DNA of 59,440 nt, filler included, from 4 parts of 4 records of this genome joined end to end with filler, not necessarily neighbours in it; one strand, 5' to 3'. Positions 48,801 to 58,711 are shown, counted from the first letter of the whole stretch. A program made the numbers and translations. Notes: generated by a model not told the origin, from the letters alone.

Positions 48801-51438
48801 GAATTGCACGGGTGTAACACATGATCATAATCACGCCTACTGCACCAGTCCAATGGGATATGGTGTTAACAGAGATATTGTTGCAACTGTCGTCAAGGAA
48901 TCAGTGGTACGGTCAGCAAGTGCTGCCTTGATAACCTACAAAGCGCCAACAATAACCGCGATATCTACTTCTCTAGGTGATGCCGAAGGTGGAACTTTGA
49001 TGTACATGACAGGGTCATCTTTCGGTGGAGAGGATACAACTCCTTCTGCTTTCGTTAACGGGCTTTTGTGTGAGCAGACTGCCTGGATTTCTGATACATA
49101 TGCGTCTTGCAATGTTCCAATTGGAATCGGTACTGCGGCAAATATTACCATCGATGTTTCGACTCAAGTGTCTACCGAGCTCCCGAACTTCTCATACAAA
49201 AGTCCCACAGTCAGCTATGTGTCACCGGCAACAGGCGCCACGGCTGGGGGTTTCTGGGTGACTGTTCACGGCAAGAACTTTGGAAATGCTACTGCTCCAA
49301 CATACCTTGATGATCGCCGGCTTTATGGATCGATTGGAGGAAACAACTGCTCAAATATCAATCATGTCAACGACACCATGATGGAATGCTTAGCCCCACT
49401 CGGAACTGGCTTTAAGCAATCTGTATTAGTGACGATTGGGCTTCAGAGCAGCACTGCAAACATTCTTTTCTCCTATAAGATTCCCACTGTTGCTTCTGTC
49501 ACTGCTGTTAGCCGTGTGACAACCGGCGGGGTGACTGTGACTATAAGTGGATCCAACTTCGGGGTTATTGATTCGACTCCAAGTGCATCAATCACACAGC
49601 CAAATGGTGTTGCTAAAGCATGCACAGGTGTGACATGGGTTTCGGATCAGGCGTTGACGTGCGTCCTTCCAGCTGGTCGTGGAATCGCGAGAAATACCCT
49701 GGTGACCGTTCACGAATCCGTTAGCACCGACCAGTTCTTGTTCACGTACGACATCCCTGTGATAACCAAGATCACCCCCGATGTTGCCAGCACCAATGGG
49801 TACAGCACCCATACTGTCGAGGGATCAAATTTCGGAACTGAGACACCCCTCGACAATAATTTCAACATGACAATTGGCGCCCTTGAAGCTATTGGTCACT
49901 TAACTTGGGCCAGCGATTCGCAGTTTTTGGCTGTGTTCCCTCCTGGCGTAGGTGCTGATAAGGAGATCCTAGTAACACTATACGATGCCGTGAGCTCCCC
50001 AACATATAGCCTCTTCAGCTACAAGAGTCCCACAATAACCCAAGTCACACCAAATCATGGAGATAAGACTGGTGCTGCTGGTGACATATTGACAATTGAG
50101 GGATCGAACTTCGGAAATTCCTCTGGTGTAGCGACAGCCACGATTGGTGGAGTGTCGTGTTCATCTACGGTGTGGCAATCTCACAGCCGTATCCTGTGTA
50201 CTTCCGCTGGAGGGGCATCTGCTGCAACCTACTTACGAGTACAGGTGACCGTGGAGAGCCAATCTAGTGATGGTAGTGCAGTGCCTACCATTTATGCAGC
50301 AACAGAGACTCAAACCAAGTATTTGTTTAAGTACTGGGCGGACTGCCCTGGTGAACCTGATTGCAGCAACAATGGGGCTTGCTCCAATAATGGTATTTGC
50401 ACCTGCAACACAGATTATGTGTCTGCCGACTGCGCAAGTACGGGCATGATATATTCCAAGTTTTATGATACGACAAACGAAACTCCTACTTTCAACACTC
50501 TGAATCTTAACGGCGATGCAGCGCTGGTTGCCTCCAGCTCTTTGACGATCAACAGAAGCAATTTCAGTGACTCATCGCAGCCTGTGATTTCTACCACCCT
50601 CACCGATGTGTTGCGATTAACGCCTTCTGAGACCAACAAGGTGGGAAGTGCATGGTCCGATGTCAGGAAATCCGTTACCTCTGGTTTTGAAACACAATTT
50701 GAGTTTGCTTTCACAAACTTCTCGATGACTTGTAAGAACATGCAGTTCTGGGGAGACAATACGAATACCGAATATGTGCCGGATGTTGTCCTAGGCCAGG
50801 CCGAACCTAAATGCAAGACAAGGGGCGGCGAAGGCATTGCCTTTGTTTTGCACAATGATGCCTCTGGGGCATCAACAATTGGCTCTCTCCTTGGTTATGA
50901 GGGAATTCAGAACAGTATTGCTATTGAGTTTGACACTTGGTTCAACTACGAGACAGAGGATCCGTACGAGAATCACGTTGCAGTTGTGACCAGAGGATCA
51001 ATGGGTTTGAGCACCCACCACAAGTATTTTATTGGGCAATCTGCTGACCATGCCGACTTCCAGGATGGAAATTCGCACACCGCCCGAATAGTATACACGT
51101 CCAACTTCCAGTTACTGAACGATTCATTCGTCGACAGCATGTTCCAAGCCTCCAAGTACTCAGGGGAGTCATTCATCTCGCAGAACGGCATGGGTCTTCT
51201 ATCGGTCTACGTAGACTCATTTGACAAACCTCTCTTTTCCGTGGCAATTAATCTTGAGGAGACCCTTGGCTCGGCTGATGCATGGGTAGGATTTACAGGT
51301 GCTACGGGTCAGATTGCATTTGAAAACCACGACATCCTGAACTGGAGATTTTGCTCTGCGGATGCATGCGGTGGAAATCTGTTTGACACATTCTACTATC
51401 TAGGAAGTACGCTCTGGAGCAACTTGATTCAGCCTTAG
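36860..51438 (+). CDS. Giant extracellular protein, ~4826 aa; join(36860..37149,37198..41285,41336..51438): hydrophobic N-terminus, LamG with a 7-blade propeller, second LamG, EGF, 39 IPT/TIG repeats, EGF, L-type lectin
   Basis: Introns 37150-37197 (GTAAGA..CCCCAG) and 41286-41335 (GTAGGT..CTAACAG) join the three ORFs in frame. The second junction rebuilds the repeat linker FSYK-S-PT. Confidence 0.88.
39707..50337 (+). repeat. Array of 39 degenerate IPT/TIG domains (protein-level repeat, ~90 aa each)
   Basis: Hand count of 39 G-x-[N/S/D]-F-G-type motifs, each within PTV..V.P......G...TI.G.NFG...C....WVS.T...C..P.G.G....V.VTV......FSYK. Confidence 0.9.
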
Positions 51439-51546
51439 TTGCCCGTGACACTTCCAGGATTCATTCTATTCAATAGCATATCATTCTTACACACCTACAA
51501 TACACGAGTAAATAACTCTCTTAGCATATGTTTTATTCTTATATAT

Positions 51547-52465
51547 TCACACGCCTCCAAAGATCGGCCTTTCTTCACGTAGAGCACGCCTTCGCTTCTG
51601 TGTCGCGGAATCAGGGTCAAATCGGGTGCTACGAGCATCCTCAGGGGATGGCATGGAAATGAAAGGTCTACTCTTTTGTCTAGTGTGGTTGTGGGTGCGG
51701 CCTTCTGGCGTCTTCACGGGAGAAGGCGTAAAAGTCATAGGGGTATCCGGATCCACAACACTGCCATTCACGCTTGGTGTCGTAGGACTCTGTTCAGGCT
51801 CAGGCTTCCCTTGTTGCGACGGTCTTAGTGGAGTTTGATGCGTTTCTGATGCTGAAATAGGAACATTGTCCCTATTCTGGGGCTCAGATGGTCGGAATAT
51901 GGGAGTACTTTGGTTACTCATAAAGGAGCCTTGAATACTCGCAGCAGTTGCTTGTTCCACAGACTCTAAACGAGTTCGAAGTTCCGATACTTGAGAATTC
52001 TTGAGCTTTTCAAGCATGGAACTGCGATATTTTTCTCTCTCGAGCTCCCCCTGCAAAGCTACGACTTGTTCTTGCAGGACGCTCCAAGCCGGGTCAGGGT
52101 TTCGAGACCGGTCCGTCGAACCAACTTGTGACACTTCCATCCGATTTTTCGTACTTTTTTCAGATAATTCCAGTCGACTAACTTCTTTCTGTAAACGATC
52201 TCTATCCGCTGAAATTGCCTGCATATCTGCATGCTTTTGTCTTTCTGCCACGGCTGCACTGTGGCGTTCTGCTTTCAATGCGGTGGATAAATCCGCTAAT
52301 TTTCGGGTTAAGGAAGCAATGGTGTCGGCGGATTCTCGTCTCTCAGCATCGTGAGAAGCAAGTAGGTCGCCAAATCTATTTTCGGCTCGTCGAACTCTCT
52401 CGGTATAGGTCGCTTCCTTGTCAGCCAATAACTGCTCCAGTTCCCGTATTCTGTTGTCTGCGGCG
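51547..52465 (-). CDS. C-terminal fragment of a eukaryotic coiled-coil protein with a P/S/T-rich tail (5' end beyond the contig)
   Basis: Frame is open to the contig end (AADNRIRELEQLLADKEAT...), with heptad-rich helices followed by a low-complexity tail. Confidence 0.75.
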
Positions 52466-52565
52466 NNNNNNNNNNNNNNNNNNNNNNNNNNNNNNNNNNN
52501 NNNNNNNNNTTAATTAATTAANNNNNNNNNNNNNNNNNNNNNNNNNNNNNNNNNNNNNNNNNNNN
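52466..52565. other. Artificial contig spacer
   Basis: N44-TTAATTAATTAA-N44. Confidence 0.98.
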
Positions 52566-52631
52566 CAAAGCCATTCTCCTGAACAACACCCCACGCGCGG
52601 TGTATATCTCAAACAATCAATTGCATTCAAG
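52566..52631 (-). promoter_or_regulatory. Promoter and RBS of a gene lost at the contig edge (possibly dksA, by recalled rhizobial synteny)
   Basis: Minus strand has CTTGAA-N18-ATATAC, then AGGAG and a TTG at the contig end. Gene identity is inference only. Confidence 0.4.
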
Positions 52632-52805
52632 TCTTTGCTTGAGTTTTAAGCATTTATAAAAATGTCAAAAAAACAGGCCACTATTTAATGATTGGGCAGG
52701 TATCGCTGGCAACGCCCCGGAACAACGAGGATTCCATGGGCCGTGGCGGCTCACAACATGCCGGTTCCGCATTTTCTGCCCGGCCTTTGAGCAATTACAT
52801 CCGGT

Positions 52806-52814
52806 TGTGGATAA
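52806..52814 (-). promoter_or_regulatory. Perfect DnaA box
   Basis: TGTGGATAA, the reverse complement of TTATCCACA, in a long intergenic region. Confidence 0.5.
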
Positions 52815-53079
52815 GTACTTTTTCTGTCACACAGAATAATCAGTATCAACCATAAGTAGAATAATGACGATGCGCCGCGTATTCTTTACGGATACCACAT
52901 GTTCTCTCCTGCTTGTTCCGCAGCGGCAAATAGCGCTCTTGTCACGCCTCGTTTTATGCTAAAGAACCAACCGAACTCGTATTTCCTGTATCCTTCACGC
53001 CCCGGATATTGCGAAAACCGGGCTTGGCCTTGCTCCAGGGCCAGGTGAAATCAGTTTTAGTGGTGCCGCTTCGAGAACA

Positions 53080-53601
53080 ATGATGACAAAGATCGCCCCT
53101 CCTCCAGCACGGATCTATCTGGTCAGACATGCGCAGGCCGTCTGGCCGGAACCGACCATGCGCGACTTCGAGCGACTTCTTTCCAAAAGTGGTGCCGAAG
53201 ATGCCAGTGCCATGGCACAGCGGCTCAGGGAAAAGGGATACATCCCGGATCTGATCCTTTCTTCTTCTGCAATGCGTTGCCGCCAGACGGCTGATGCGAC
53301 CTACCGAGCGCTGGGACGCCAGCCTAAATGCCGCTTTCTTGATGACTTTTATCAGGCAGCCCCCGTAACCTATCTGGAAACACTGGAAGACCTGAAGGAC
53401 GCAAACGCCGTTATGCTCGTCGGCCACAATCCGGGAATTGAGGAGACTTTTCTGATGCTGGCCGGTCATGAGGCTTTCAACAAGGCCTGCCCTTACGGCT
53501 ACCCCACGGCCGGGATAGCCGTGCTCGATTATACAGGCGGAAACGCTCAGACATCTTCAGATTTACCGGACTGGCACGTTACCGATTTTCTGGCTCCGTA
53601 A
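53080..53601 (+). CDS. sixA: SixA-type histidine phosphatase
   Basis: IYLVRHAQA, DFERLL..G, LILSSSAMRCRQTA and MLVGHNPG. Confidence 0.85.
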   Translation: MMTKIAPPPARIYLVRHAQAVWPEPTMRDFERLLSKSGAEDASAMAQRLREKGYIPDLILSSSAMRCRQTADATYRALGRQPKCRFLDDFYQAAPVTYLETLEDLKDANAVMLVGHNPGIEETFLMLAGHEAFNKACPYGYPTAGIAVLDYTGGNAQTSSDLPDWHVTDFLAP

Positions 53602-53624
53602 ACATCGCGCCTGACAAGGCCAGC

Positions 53625-53653
53625 CTTTTATCAGACTGTTCTTTTGCCTATAT
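53625..53653 (+). promoter_or_regulatory. Candidate RpoH/RpoD-type promoter of ycjXF
   Basis: CTTTTA-N16-CCTATAT, close to the rhizobial CTTGAA-N16-CCTATAT consensus, 30 nt before the start. Confidence 0.5.
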
Positions 53654-53683
53654 GAATGACAGTGTTCAAAGGATTGCATCACA

Positions 53684-55162
53684 TTGACACCCATTCATAC
53701 ATCGCTTGGCGACGAAGCCAGACTGACCCTCGATAATCTCGCTGACCGGGCCGGTGATCTTGTGGAGCCAACGCTCAGGCTTGGTGTGACAGGCCTTTCC
53801 CGCGCTGGCAAAACCGTTTTCATCACCTCGCTGGTGCATAACCTGCTCCACCGCGGAAGGCTGCCGATGTTTGAAGCGATGCGCTCCGGCCGCCTTTCCT
53901 CGGCAATACTTGAAGAACAGCCGGACGATTCCGTGCCGCGTTTTGAGTATGAGCGTCATGTCGACAAGCTGATTGATGATCGCGTCTGGCCGGAATCAAC
54001 CCGTGCGATTTCCGAAATCAGACTGACACTGGAGTTTGAAAGCGCCAGCCGTTGGACCCGTTTGTTTTCGCGTGGCAGGATCGCCATCGATATCGTTGAT
54101 TACCCTGGTGAATGGCTGCTCGACCTGCCGCTTCTGGGACAGGACTACCTGACATTTTCGCGTGAAACAGAAAAACGTGCCCGCAAAGGGCTGCGGGCAC
54201 CGCTCGCGCGTGAATGGCTGGACTATGCAGAAAAGCTCGATCCCGATGCTCCCGCCAGCGAGGAGACGATCCGAAACCTGCATCAGCGTTTCGCCGACTA
54301 CCTCAAGGCCTGCAAGGCGGACGAACATTCACTGTCGACCCTGCCGCCGGGCCGTTTTTTGATGCCGGGCGATCTGGAGGGCTCACCGGCACTCACATTT
54401 GCGCCCCTGCCCGGCCTGTCAGAGGAAAGGCCGAAACGCGGTTCGCTGGCGGCCACCATGGCGCGGCGCTATGAGGCCTACAAGTCCGTCGTGGTAAAGC
54501 CGTTTTTCCGGCATCACTTCGCCCGCCTCGACCGCCAGATCGTTCTGGTCGACACACTACAGGCACTAAGCCGTGGACCGGAAGCCGTGGCAGATCTGGA
54601 GCGGGCACTTGCCGATGTTCTGGCCTGCTTCCGTCCGGGCCGGAATTCCTGGCTCTCCGCGCTTTTAAGGCGGAGAATCGACCGCGTTCTGATTGCCGCG
54701 ACAAAGGCTGACCACCTGCATCATGAAAGCCACGATCGTCTTGAAAGACTGACACGCAAACTCGTCGAAGACGCGGCCAGGTCAATCGGCGACAAGGGTG
54801 CTGGCTTTGAAGTCATGGCACTTGCCTCTGTAAGGGCAACGCGGGAAGCAACCGTTGAAAGCGGAAGAGGCATTTTGCCCGTCATCGTCGGCACTCCGAT
54901 CACCGGAGAGACGATCGGCACCGAAGTCTTTGACGGAGAAAGAAAAACAGCGATCTTTCCAGGTGATCTTCCGGCCAATCCGGATGCTTTTTTCAAGCAT
55001 TTGCGCCGTGATGGTGCGCTCACCCAAGGCCTTGCGGATATAAACGCCGTGCGTTTCCGTCCGCCCGAAATCGGCAGCGGCACAGACGAAGATACCCCCT
55101 CCATTCCGCATATCCGGCTGGATCGTGCGCTGCAATTTCTCATCGGAGACCGGCTGGCATGA
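53684..55162 (+). CDS. ycjX: YcjX-family P-loop GTPase
   Basis: LRLGVTGLSRAGKTVFITSLV, DIVDYPGEWLLDLPL, DRQIVLVD, ATKADH and PHIRLDRALQFLIGDRL. Confidence 0.93.
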   Translation: MTPIHTSLGDEARLTLDNLADRAGDLVEPTLRLGVTGLSRAGKTVFITSLVHNLLHRGRLPMFEAMRSGRLSSAILEEQPDDSVPRFEYERHVDKLIDDRVWPESTRAISEIRLTLEFESASRWTRLFSRGRIAIDIVDYPGEWLLDLPLLGQDYLTFSRETEKRARKGLRAPLAREWLDYAEKLDPDAPASEETIRNLHQRFADYLKACKADEHSLSTLPPGRFLMPGDLEGSPALTFAPLPGLSEERPKRGSLAATMARRYEAYKSVVVKPFFRHHFARLDRQIVLVDTLQALSRGPEAVADLERALADVLACFRPGRNSWLSALLRRRIDRVLIAATKADHLHHESHDRLERLTRKLVEDAARSIGDKGAGFEVMALASVRATREATVESGRGILPVIVGTPITGETIGTEVFDGERKTAIFPGDLPANPDAFFKHLRRDGALTQGLADINAVRFRPPEIGSGTDEDTPSIPHIRLDRALQFLIGDRLA

Positions 55163-56247
55163 ACGAACAGGAAAAGCATCCCCGCCGCCCCGCCTTCTTT
55201 GATTTTGAAGAACGCGATCCGCGAAAAATGCAAGCAGACCAGAACACTGAATCGCGCCGGCCACAGAGCTTTGATGAACCCGATATCCGCTTTACACCGG
55301 ATGACGAGGATCCTTTCATCAATGATGACAGCATGGCCGGAACCGACGGTCCGGCGGAGTCCGTGGCCACGATGAAGAAGCGTGGCTTTTCGTTTGCCAA
55401 ACTCGCAGCAACCGCGTTCGGCATTGTTCTCACACTGGCTATCGGGCTTTGGATCGATGATCTCGTGCGCGGGCTTTTTGCACGAGCACCATGGCTTGGC
55501 TGGCTGGCGCTGGCAGCTGTCACCATCGGTGTTTTCGCCGCGATAATCGTTGCAGCGCGCGAAATCATTGCCATCATGCGCCTTGGCGCCATTCAGAACA
55601 TCAAGTTGAAAATCGCCGATGCGCACGCAGGAAACGATACAATGGCAGCGCGCGTGGCTGCCAACGAATTGTCAAACCTGCTTTCGGCAAAGGCGGAAAC
55701 CGCACATGGCCGCCAGAAATTACGCGAAATGGAAGCGGATATCGTCGATGCTCCGCAGTTGATCGAATTCTGCGAACGCGAAATGATGGGCCCGCTCGAC
55801 CTTAAGGCCCGCTCCCTGATCCTCAATGCTTCCAAACGCGTGTCAGTGGTCACTGCTGTCAGTCCACGCGCTGCCGTAGATCTTGTCTATGTTCTCTACG
55901 AGTCGGTCCGGCTGGTCCGCAATATGGCGGAACTTTACGGCGGCCGTCCCGGCTCGCTGGGCATGTTCCGCCTGATGCGTGACGTTCTGGCACATCTGGC
56001 TGTTACCGGATCAATCGCCGTGGGCGACGGCCTTGTGCAACAGGTGCTTGGGCATGGGTTGGCCTCAAAACTTTCCGCGCGTTTCGGCGAAGGCGTGATC
56101 AACGGGCTGATGACAGCACGTATTGGTATCGCGGCGATGGATCTCTGCCGTCCAATGCCGTTTGAAGCACTGAAACGCCCAGGCATCGGAGACTTTATCA
56201 GCGATCTTGGCCCCGGCGGAAAGCGTGATCTTTACAGCCGCTCATAA
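55159..56247 (+). CDS. ycjF: YcjF-family (UPF0283/TIGR01620) membrane protein
   Basis: VSVVTAVSPRA, LYGGRPG, LSARFGEGVING.MTAR.G and CRPMPF. ATGA overlap with ycjX. Confidence 0.92.
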   Translation: MNEQEKHPRRPAFFDFEERDPRKMQADQNTESRRPQSFDEPDIRFTPDDEDPFINDDSMAGTDGPAESVATMKKRGFSFAKLAATAFGIVLTLAIGLWIDDLVRGLFARAPWLGWLALAAVTIGVFAAIIVAAREIIAIMRLGAIQNIKLKIADAHAGNDTMAARVAANELSNLLSAKAETAHGRQKLREMEADIVDAPQLIEFCEREMMGPLDLKARSLILNASKRVSVVTAVSPRAAVDLVYVLYESVRLVRNMAELYGGRPGSLGMFRLMRDVLAHLAVTGSIAVGDGLVQQVLGHGLASKLSARFGEGVINGLMTARIGIAAMDLCRPMPFEALKRPGIGDFISDLGPGGKRDLYSRS

Positions 56248-56397
56248 GGCCTTTTCTCAATGCTGACAGTCCACGGCTTGCATGACAAACGGCACGCTGC
56301 AACTTCGCATTAACCAATTCGACGCATAATCAGTTCGACGTGTTCTTTGAACCGGCCGGCTTTTGCCGCTACCCTTTCTCAGCTGTTGGAACAGATC

Positions 56398-56952
56398 ATG
56401 ACCAGACGTTTTGCCCGTTCCGCCATGCATCGTTGCTGCATAGCGATTTCGCTCGTCCTTCTGGTTTCACCGGTCGCAGCCCTTGCAGAAAACGCAGATA
56501 ACAGTTTTTTCAACGATGTCGCCGGACGCTGGCAGGGACCAGGCAAAATCATAGAAGGCAAGCTGAAGGGAAAGCGATTCAAATGCACTCTGAACGGTTT
56601 GCCCGCAAAGGCACCGGAAGAAGGTTTCCGACTTGAAGGGTCATGCCGGGCGGGCCTTCTTTCTCACAAAGTCACGGCAGCATTTCTGCGTGACGGTGAA
56701 GGTTATCGCGGCCACTTTCTCGACGGAGCCGAAGGCGAAGGACTGGATGTAACCGGAGGTGTTATCAAAGACCGGACGGCCATCATCGACGTTGAGCGGG
56801 AAAAGGTCAAAGGTGCCATCATCACCAATCTGATGAGTGACGAGCATCTCAACATCACCGTCATGATTCGGGGGCACACGAAATTCGTGCCGGTAATCGG
56901 CCTGTCGCTCAAGCGTCAGACGGATAACACAACGGTCGGCGCCATCAAATAG
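56398..56952 (+). CDS. Conserved hypothetical exported protein (Rhizobiales type)
   Basis: Signal peptide ending ALA, then FF..VAGRWQGPG.I..GK.KG.RF.C.L...GSCRAG. Start 56398 is preferred over the TTG at 56347. Confidence 0.75.
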   Translation: MTRRFARSAMHRCCIAISLVLLVSPVAALAENADNSFFNDVAGRWQGPGKIIEGKLKGKRFKCTLNGLPAKAPEEGFRLEGSCRAGLLSHKVTAAFLRDGEGYRGHFLDGAEGEGLDVTGGVIKDRTAIIDVEREKVKGAIITNLMSDEHLNITVMIRGHTKFVPVIGLSLKRQTDNTTVGAIK

Positions 56953-57472
56953 ACGGTTGCTTCCACCACAGGCCGTCATTGCTGACGGGTAAAATGCCGT
57001 CACGCTCTATAATATCCGCCCAATCCGTGATCCTTTTTCCCCGCACCATTACCTCTGGCGCAATCTCGGCAAGTGGCACAAGAACAAAGCCGCGCTCTGT
57101 CATACGCGGATGCGGCACGGTGACCATCTCGCTGTCGATTTGCAGATTGCCGTATGTCAGAATGTCGATATCGACCAGACGCGGACCCCAGCGAACCTTG
57201 CGCACACGCTTCAGACGATGTTCGATATCAAGGCAAAGCTGCATCAACTCTTCGGGTTGCAGCGATGTTACCATCCGCGCGCAGCAATTCAGAAAGGCTG
57301 GCTGCTGCGTCAGCCCCCATGGTGGCGTGCGGTAGAGCCTTGAAACAGCCTCTATCCGGCAACTCGGCGTTTCATCGAGAATCTTAAGGGCCTGGGACAT
57401 GGTCTGGCGCGGATCACCAAGATTGCCACCAAGGCCGAGCGTAACATCTGTTTCCAGCCTATCAGCCTGCAC
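56945..57472 (-). CDS. folK: 2-amino-4-hydroxy-6-hydroxymethyldihydropteridine diphosphokinase
   Basis: LGLGGNLG, SRLYRTPPWG, FLN, RWGPRLVDIDIL and PHPRMTERGFVLVPL. Confidence 0.95.
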   Translation of the reverse strand: MQADRLETDVTLGLGGNLGDPRQTMSQALKILDETPSCRIEAVSRLYRTPPWGLTQQPAFLNCCARMVTSLQPEELMQLCLDIEHRLKRVRKVRWGPRLVDIDILTYGNLQIDSEMVTVPHPRMTERGFVLVPLAEIAPEVMVRGKRITDWADIIERDGILPVSNDGLWWKQPSI

Positions 57473-57833
57473 GGTAGGTCACGCGCGCTTCAGCATGATC
57501 CAGAAGACCGGCAACCGGCGCAGACGGCTTACGGACAGCGATTTCGACGCTCTGGATAGCCGGGTACCGCTTGCAAAGCGTTTCACCAATGGCATAGGCT
57601 AGCGCTTCAATCAGTCGGAATCGCCGTTTTGTGACAATCTCCTCAATGACATGATAGGCTGCGCCATAATCGACACCCGCGCTCAGATCGTCATTCTTCA
57701 ATACATCCTCACTGTCGATCAGCAAGATCGCATCGACATAGAAGCGCTGTCCCATACGCTCTTCTTCCGGCATAACGCCGTGTTGCGCAAAAAACGCACA
57801 GTTTTTCAGTGTAATTGAATATTGGGTATTCAT
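57462..57833 (-). CDS. folB: Dihydroneopterin aldolase
   Basis: FFAQHGVMPEEERMGQRF, VDY, LIEALA and RKPSAP. Confidence 0.95.
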   Translation of the reverse strand: MNTQYSITLKNCAFFAQHGVMPEEERMGQRFYVDAILLIDSEDVLKNDDLSAGVDYGAAYHVIEEIVTKRRFRLIEALAYAIGETLCKRYPAIQSVEIAVRKPSAPVAGLLDHAEARVTYRAG

Positions 57834-58711
57834 GCGCTTTCTCCGAAGCCGCGGCCGATCATGGCGTCAGCAAATGCCAGCGCCGCCTTATTGGCAGTGA
57901 CATTGTGGACGCGGAATATACTGCCGCCTGCAAGACGGGTCAAAACTGTTGTCGCCGCCGTGCCGAAATCGCGACTGAGATTGTCATCGCCACCACTGAT
58001 CGCAGCAACAAAGCGTTTGCGTGATGTGCCGATCAACAATGGAAGACCAAGTTCATTCAGGCGATTCAACCGTGCCATCACATCAAGATTATCGTCGGTC
58101 CCTTTTCCGAAACCAAAGCCCGGATCGAGCATCAGTGCCTTGCTTTCGATTCCAGCCCGCTGTGCCAGCGACACCTGATGTTTGAGAAAGAATATCTGAT
58201 CTTCAATCGGATCGCTGAGCAAAACACGGTCGCGGCTTGTGTGCATCAGGCAATACCCTGCCCCGCTTTCTGCCGCGGTGGAAAACATCTGCGCATCCGC
58301 AGTACCGCCGGACACATCGTTGATCATGTGCGCACCGGCAGCAATAGCAAGCCGCGCCGTTTCGCCCCTATAGGTGTCGATCGAAATAATTGCTTCGGTC
58401 TCCGCTGCGAGACGGCTGATCAATGGCAGCACGCGATCCTGCTCTTCAGCGGCGGAAACAGGTTCAGCGCCAGGCCGGGTCGATTCACCGCCAATATCGA
58501 GAATGGCCGCTCCGTCTTCGATCGCCTGTCGCGCGAATCCGAAAGCCTGCCCGACATCACCAAACTGGCCACCGTCTGAAAAGGAATCCGGCGTTACGTT
58601 GATGATCGCCATCAATAGTCCGCACGGACCGATCTCCAGTGATCGTCCGTGGGCCAAAATCACCCGCCTTGATGCAAAAACCGGATTATTCGCCGGTTTC
58701 AATATGCTCAA
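57830..58711 (-). CDS. folP: Dihydropteroate synthase
   Basis: MAIINVTPDSFSDGG, DIGGESTRPG, SIDT, INDVSG, DPGFGFGK, SRKRF and RVHNV. Confidence 0.95.
   Translation of the reverse strand: MSILKPANNPVFASRRVILAHGRSLEIGPCGLLMAIINVTPDSFSDGGQFGDVGQAFGFARQAIEDGAAILDIGGESTRPGAEPVSAAEEQDRVLPLISRLAAETEAIISIDTYRGETARLAIAAGAHMINDVSGGTADAQMFSTAAESGAGYCLMHTSRDRVLLSDPIEDQIFFLKHQVSLAQRAGIESKALMLDPGFGFGKGTDDNLDVMARLNRLNELGLPLLIGTSRKRFVAAISGGDDNLSRDFGTAATTVLTRLAGGSIFRVHNVTANKAALAFADAMIGRGFGESA

Noticed and set aside
39707-50337. Periodic sequence as a CRISPR array or DNA tandem repeat
   Set aside because: The periodicity is at protein level inside an open frame, and the DNA copies are highly diverged with no repeat-spacer pattern.
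36860-51438. Giant-virus or bacterial origin of contig C
   Set aside because: Spliceosomal introns in four genes, eukaryotic tRNA-Pro, PC4 and a Gbp2-like protein indicate a nuclear genome, and no viral hallmark genes are seen.
18555-52565. TTAATTAATTAA flanked by Ns, three times, as a biological repeat or HGT junction
   Set aside because: Identical 100-nt six-frame-stop linkers are assembly artefacts, so bacterial genes next to MVP are not evidence of transfer.
52640-53079. Chromosomal replication origin
   Set aside because: Only one perfect DnaA box, and none of the usual origin-flanking genes are visible.
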